A DNA stretch of 53,315 bases, taken from contig JBJOKS010000030.1 in NCBI GenBank assembly GCA_046045965.1, positions 1-53,315 of the forward strand, written 5' to 3'. The stretch is from Cyanobacteriota bacterium. Lineage in GTDB: Bacteria > Cyanobacteriota > Cyanobacteriia > Cyanobacteriales > Nostocaceae. Below are positions 48,860 through 53,315 of this stretch, in pieces (the first letter of the stretch is position 1; every line of letters starts with the position of its first letter). A program made the position numbers and the translations under genes. The notes below the pieces were generated by a model. The model was not told where the DNA came from and did not search any database. It worked only from the letters and a program-made list of their open reading frames with translations.

Positions 48860-50911
48860 ATGCAAAGAATTAAACTAAATCAACAATACCTCAACTTTAA
48901 GAATCCTAATACTAGAATTTTAGTAATTGAATCAGGTAAAGGAACGGGCAAAACTAGATGGATGGAAGATAACCTAGCTGAAATTCCCGCTTTATTTTTA
49001 AGTCATAGAATAGCATTAACAAAAGATTTAGCTAACCGCACTGGGTCTGCTCATTACTTAGATAACTCTGCTCATCAGTCAAAAAGGTTAGTAATATGTG
49101 TTAACTCTTTAATGAGTTTACTTCATTCTGATACTCACAAAGGCGCAACTATAGTAATTGATGAAGCTACCCAAGTATTAAGACATCTAATAGGGGAAAC
49201 TTGTTCAGCTAACAGACAAGAAATACTGAATACTTTAGGTAACAAAGTATATAACTGCTCACAGTTAATATTGCTCGATGCTGACATGAATCAGGAGACA
49301 CTAGACTACTTTGTTAAATTGTTCAATTACAAGGATGTGCAAGTAACTCCAGAAGACATTACTTGGGTGACTAATAGTTATCAGCCTAAAAAGAGAGTAT
49401 TTAAAGAGTTTCCCACTTCAGAAAGCTTGCAGTTTCATCTTATTAATGACTTAAAAGCTGGCTTAAACTTATATATTGCTGCTGATACTCAAGCTAGAGT
49501 GGAAACAATTAACTCCCTGATTGATTCTGCAAAGATAGAACTTAAAGGAAAGCTAACTGTACATGGTTCTAACTCAGCCCAAGAGAAGCAAGTAGACTTT
49601 ATTGCTAACGTCAATGAGTTACAGAAAAACTACCAAGTTGTTATAGCTTCTCCAAGTCTGTTTACAGGCGTTGATATTAACCAACCTCACTTTGATAAAG
49701 TATACCTGTTTGCTGATGGGGCTTCTGCTACTGCCACTGACCTATTACAAGCTTCAGCAAGAGTAAGAACTGTATCAGAAGTTAACTTCTGGATCACTTC
49801 AAAGAAAAATAATGAGCTTACCTCTTGGGAAGAAATCTTAAGTAACAAGGAGAGAGTTGCCTTTGGTACAGGTTGGATGAATAGTGTTGACTCTGAGTTA
49901 AGAGCAGCAAGAGGAGGAGATGTTTGGGCTTGGGACTTTGATATAGCTACTGGAACTTCAAAGGTTAGAGACAGTGTGTATATGACTATGTTCTGCCAGC
50001 TACAAGCTCTACAGAATAAATCTCTTAATGATTTACATAGTTCCTTTGTTGAGGCTGCTGCTAGAGAAGGTAAAGTTGTAACACATAAACCTACTGAATC
50101 AGAGATTAAGCAATTAGAGATAGTTAAAGAAGCTACAAAGATTGTTAGAAGACAAAATAAGCAAGCTAAACATCAAGCAATCATAAATGCTCCTGACCTT
50201 ACTCCAGAGAATTGGTTCTTATTAGATACTGATCCTGATGTACTGTCTGTACAAGAAGCTAACTCTCTTAAGAAACATAAGTTGCTGAAGTTAATTGGAG
50301 GCTTAACTGAGTATTTACCTGAAGTAGTGAAGAATGAATCTAAGTGGTTTAAAGCTATTTACTATCAAGGGTTACTGAATAGAGACTTAGAAGATTTGGC
50401 TCAACAAGATGAACTAGATGTTAGAACTAAAGCTCCTAGTGACCGTAAGTACAGAGTTAAGACAGTAAACTTGATTAGAGAGTTCTTAAAGAGAGTTAAC
50501 TATGAAGGTTCATTACTAAGAGGTGAAGAGTTATCAGCTTTCTATTCTGAGTCTGAGGTTAATGCTCCCCGCGCTAACCATAGTTGGTTTACCACTCATG
50601 CTATTGAGTTTAAAGAACTTCTGAACTTATCTGTACCCAAGAATGTAGAAGATAAACCATTTCAGTTTATTCAATCAGTATTAAGTGTACTAGGACTGTC
50701 TACTACAGATAAGCAAGTGACTGTGCGTACAGGGGATGTGATGGTTGCTATGGGTTCTCTAGGGGTTTATCCAACTAAAGATGCAGATAAGAAAATCAGA
50801 ATCAGAAAGTATTATATTGACTCTTCTTCAGTTGATATAATGAACTCTATTTTGGCAGCTAGAGAAGCTAAATACAGTAAACAAGAGGAGTTAGTAGAGT
50901 TACCATTTTAG
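48860..50911 (+). CDS. Origin-binding SF2 helicase / replication initiator (CyRepA-like helicase domain)
   Basis: SGKGTGKT, LSHRIAL, ICVNSL, VIDEATQV, LLDAD, IASPSLFTGVDI and QASARVR motifs. Confidence 0.85.
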   Translation: MQRIKLNQQYLNFKNPNTRILVIESGKGTGKTRWMEDNLAEIPALFLSHRIALTKDLANRTGSAHYLDNSAHQSKRLVICVNSLMSLLHSDTHKGATIVIDEATQVLRHLIGETCSANRQEILNTLGNKVYNCSQLILLDADMNQETLDYFVKLFNYKDVQVTPEDITWVTNSYQPKKRVFKEFPTSESLQFHLINDLKAGLNLYIAADTQARVETINSLIDSAKIELKGKLTVHGSNSAQEKQVDFIANVNELQKNYQVVIASPSLFTGVDINQPHFDKVYLFADGASATATDLLQASARVRTVSEVNFWITSKKNNELTSWEEILSNKERVAFGTGWMNSVDSELRAARGGDVWAWDFDIATGTSKVRDSVYMTMFCQLQALQNKSLNDLHSSFVEAAAREGKVVTHKPTESEIKQLEIVKEATKIVRRQNKQAKHQAIINAPDLTPENWFLLDTDPDVLSVQEANSLKKHKLLKLIGGLTEYLPEVVKNESKWFKAIYYQGLLNRDLEDLAQQDELDVRTKAPSDRKYRVKTVNLIREFLKRVNYEGSLLRGEELSAFYSESEVNAPRANHSWFTTHAIEFKELLNLSVPKNVEDKPFQFIQSVLSVLGLSTTDKQVTVRTGDVMVAMGSLGVYPTKDADKKIRIRKYYIDSSSVDIMNSILAAREAKYSKQEELVELPF

Positions 50912-50935
50912 TTGGGGTAAGGGCAGCTAACCCAA

Positions 50936-51407
50936 CCCCCTTTCTAGCAGCCTGCACAACCCTTTCTCTTTATATAAAATAATAATTTAGGTTGTGCAGC
51001 ATTACTAAGTATAGAGTTAATTTAGAGTATAATTTATTAGTAAGTATTACTTAGTTAAATGTAAAGTAAATATAGAGGTAATCTAAGTTTAGAGTAAATC
51101 TTCTTATCTCTATACTGCAAGAAGGTTTTTTATAAAAACAGATTTCCTTTTGAGATAGAAAAAATACTAACTTTAAGCTACCTCTTTCAGTTATAGACTG
51201 AAACTTATTAGTTACACAGTCCCCCTTCTAGCAGACTGCACAACCTAAATTATTTATTTATATAAAGAGAAAGGGTTGTGCAGCATTAGTTAATATTTAG
51301 TTAATTAATTACTAATGGTAACAGTAAACCAAGTTTAGCTAATCTCAAGTTATAGGTAATCTAAGTTTAGGGTAAATCTTCTTACCTTTATACTGCAAGA
51401 ATGTTTT
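50936..51407. repeat. Duplicated origin-like unit with an inverted hairpin loop (putative ori)
   Basis: CTGCACAACC-N28-GGTTGTGCAG at 50952-50999 and 51236-51283; second shared block aggtaatctaagtttag...tatactgcaagaa at 51076-51123 and 51354-51401. Confidence 0.85.
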
Positions 51408-51502
51408 ACGGGCTGTAGTTTAGCCAAGTGGCTACTATAAATTACACACAAAATTAGTGACCAACATCACACAAACCTTTAAAACCATGCTTTAGTGTTG
51501 GT

Positions 51503-51781
51503 TTGTTAATTAGCCAGGTGTATATTATGACTGATAAACAAAATCAAGAAACACTTAAATTAGACCCAGTGAAAGAAGAAGTGGGTACTAAATTACAACA
51601 AGTTCTCCAGTTGCTAATAGAAGTACAGGCTACTCGTATAGATGGGGATCTACCTTATAGTGCTAATAAGGCAATAGCTAATATAGTGAGGAATCCTCCA
51701 GAGTATACTGCTATGGTGGATCACTTATTAGACAAGACTGGAGAACTTATAGATTATATAAACAATGGAGAAATAAACTAA
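51503..51781 (+). CDS. Hypothetical protein (likely start MTDKQ at 51527)
   Basis: Helical ORF; aggtg upstream of ATG 51527. Confidence 0.55.
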   Translation: MLISQVYIMTDKQNQETLKLDPVKEEVGTKLQQVLQLLIEVQATRIDGDLPYSANKAIANIVRNPPEYTAMVDHLLDKTGELIDYINNGEIN

Positions 51782-51810
51782 CTAATATCTCTAACTTTTT
51801 AATATCAAAA

Positions 51811-51852
51811 AACCTGATGAGTCAACTTATAAAAATAGCTGCTCATCAGGTT
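51811..51852. terminator. Hairpin between convergent small genes
   Basis: aacctgatgag...ctcatcaggtt perfect 11-bp stem. Confidence 0.6.
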
Positions 51853-51859
51853 ACTTCAA

Positions 51860-52090
51860 TTAAGTATTCTTATTTACCCTATACGTATAAAGCCTTCTTT
51901 GCAGGGCATCTAACCTGTTGTAGACGCTAGTGAAAGTATCATGAAGCATACTAGAGGCAGTGCTTAATGCGGTGTCTGGATCATCTTTGAGGTGAGTGTC
52001 ACATATCTTTATAACTCCCACAATCTGCTGTAACTCCTCTATGCAAGTCTCTAGGTCTTCAGCCATTTCTATATAAATTGGGTTTTCCAT
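51860..52090 (-). CDS. Hypothetical protein downstream of the integrase
   Basis: 76-aa ORF with RBS gagga, co-oriented with int. Confidence 0.6.
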   Translation of the reverse strand: MENPIYIEMAEDLETCIEELQQIVGVIKICDTHLKDDPDTALSTASSMLHDTFTSVYNRLDALQRRLYTYRVNKNT

Positions 52091-52110
52091 TTGACTATTC
52101 CTCTTGACTT

Positions 52111-53235
52111 TTAGAATATTTCTGGAACTTCAAGTTGTTTGATTACTCCTGAATAATGCTTGTATATTACTTCAGGAGAATTACCCACCATATCAGCAAC
52201 TTGTTTCACTGAAATACCAGATTCTAGACATAAAGTGATAAAGGTGTGACGGCAACTGTATTGAGGCAGATAATATCTAATCAACGTATCATTGACTAAA
52301 TTAGTTAATACTGGTTTCCATACTCTATTGAGAAAATTATGAGTATTTAGCTCTCTACCATTGCGGTTATAGAAAAGTAATTTCTCAGCTTCTTTATACT
52401 CAATATCATTCAAAAGTTCTCTCAATTGGTTATTGATAGGAAACAATCTAGTTTGATGAGTTTTTGTGTCTTTCCTTATCCTGACATCAGAAGGTACAGC
52501 TTCAGCAAAAGTGATATGTGTTGAGCTAATATGTTTCCATTTCAAGGCTACAGCTTCTTCAGGTCTGCATCCAGTGAGGAATAAAAGTCTGACATAGTTG
52601 GTGTAGTAAGAGTGAGGTAAGGGGGAATATTTAGGACAATACTTGTTACCAGCAAAAGCATCAATGATAATGGCTATCTCCTGTTTATTGAAAGTAAGAA
52701 TAGTATTATCTTTCCTTTTGGTTTTAATGCTTTTAGCTAAGTCTTTGAAGGGATTAGTTTCTAGCAACCCAGATGTGATAGCCCAATTACAGCAAGCATT
52801 AATTTGTTTAATAGTACGCTTGGCTGTTTCAGCAGAATAATTACTAAGTAAATGATTCCTGATTAGCACTGCATCCTTAATGTCGCTAGTAGGTAGTGCT
52901 TTAATTCTTTTCTCTATTAGTGAGTAATCTCTGATAACAGTAGATTGTTCCACTTGACTGCTCTTAAACTGAACATACTCACACCATAAGTCCAGTAAAG
53001 TGTATGTTTTTTCCTTCTTGGCAGATTCATAGTGAGGCTTATATTTACTTAAAGTAGGGTCAAAATAACCAGCTAGGATATCTAACTCTATCTGCCTTGC
53101 TTTCATCTCAGCAAGCACTTTATTCTCAGCAGTGTCAGCTAGATTCAGAGATAAGTATTTCTGATTACCACCAAATAAAGCTCTAGGAAATCTTAATCTA
53201 AGTTTACCTCTAAAGACCTCAATACCAACTTTCAT
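52111..53235 (-). CDS. int: Tyrosine integrase with N-terminal arm-binding domain
   Basis: GKLRLRF...KYLSLNL arm domain; catalytic TGCRPEE, KT, YSCRHTF and VGNS...HY motifs. Confidence 0.95.
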   Translation of the reverse strand: MKVGIEVFRGKLRLRFPRALFGGNQKYLSLNLADTAENKVLAEMKARQIELDILAGYFDPTLSKYKPHYESAKKEKTYTLLDLWCEYVQFKSSQVEQSTVIRDYSLIEKRIKALPTSDIKDAVLIRNHLLSNYSAETAKRTIKQINACCNWAITSGLLETNPFKDLAKSIKTKRKDNTILTFNKQEIAIIIDAFAGNKYCPKYSPLPHSYYTNYVRLLFLTGCRPEEAVALKWKHISSTHITFAEAVPSDVRIRKDTKTHQTRLFPINNQLRELLNDIEYKEAEKLLFYNRNGRELNTHNFLNRVWKPVLTNLVNDTLIRYYLPQYSCRHTFITLCLESGISVKQVADMVGNSPEVIYKHYSGVIKQLEVPEIF

Positions 53236-53245
53236 GGTAATTTCC

Positions 53246-53285
53246 TGACTATTCTAGACTTAGCTTGATAGTCATTTGATAGTCA
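53246..53285. promoter_or_regulatory. Putative integrase arm-type sites near the right att
   Basis: ATAGTCA at 53268 and 53279 (11-bp period) plus an inverted TGACTAT at 53246. Confidence 0.6.
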
Positions 53286-53315
53286 AAAGGGTGTGAAAAC
53301 AGATATTCAGCCCTC

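Larger units (their letters stand above)
33006..53315. mobile_element. ~20-kb integrated prophage or capsid-encoding satellite in a tRNA(CAT) gene; right boundary lies beyond the window
   Basis: tRNA 3' fragment at the left, integrase at the right; TerL/TerS, portal, capsid, Rep and antirepressor inside; abrupt loss of CpG; no HIP1 sites. Confidence 0.92.

Overview
The window comes from a heterocyst-forming (Nostocales-like) cyanobacterial chromosome, judged from 15 HIP1 sites and abundant heptamer STRR repeats. Bases 1-33,000 are host DNA: the secA 3' end, glgC and other glycogen enzymes, peroxiredoxins, phoX with a Pho box, a DnaJ-family chaperone, dynamin/KGK and a U32 protein, interspersed with toxin-antitoxin and defence-like genes. 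From a displaced tRNA(CAT) 3' fragment at about 33,006 to the window end lies a roughly 20-kb integrated, strongly CpG-depleted phage-like element. It encodes a tyrosine integrase, an origin-binding helicase that lacks a primase domain, an antirepressor, portal, scaffold, capsid, one fibre protein and TerS/TerL, but no recognisable tail tube, tape measure or endolysin. The most striking unexplained features are all in this element: (i) a ~1-kb ORF-free region next to the portal gene that folds on the + strand into a modular RNA with duplicated covarying domains, many G-U pairs and repeated GAA/AGUA loop-E motifs; (ii) a second small structured region near the att site carrying the identical 17-nt loop; (iii) a TctA-like permease plus membrane-anchored OB-fold gene pair; (iv) a duplicated origin-like hairpin present in flip and flop orientations. 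All family assignments were made by eye from motifs; no searches or folding programs were run.
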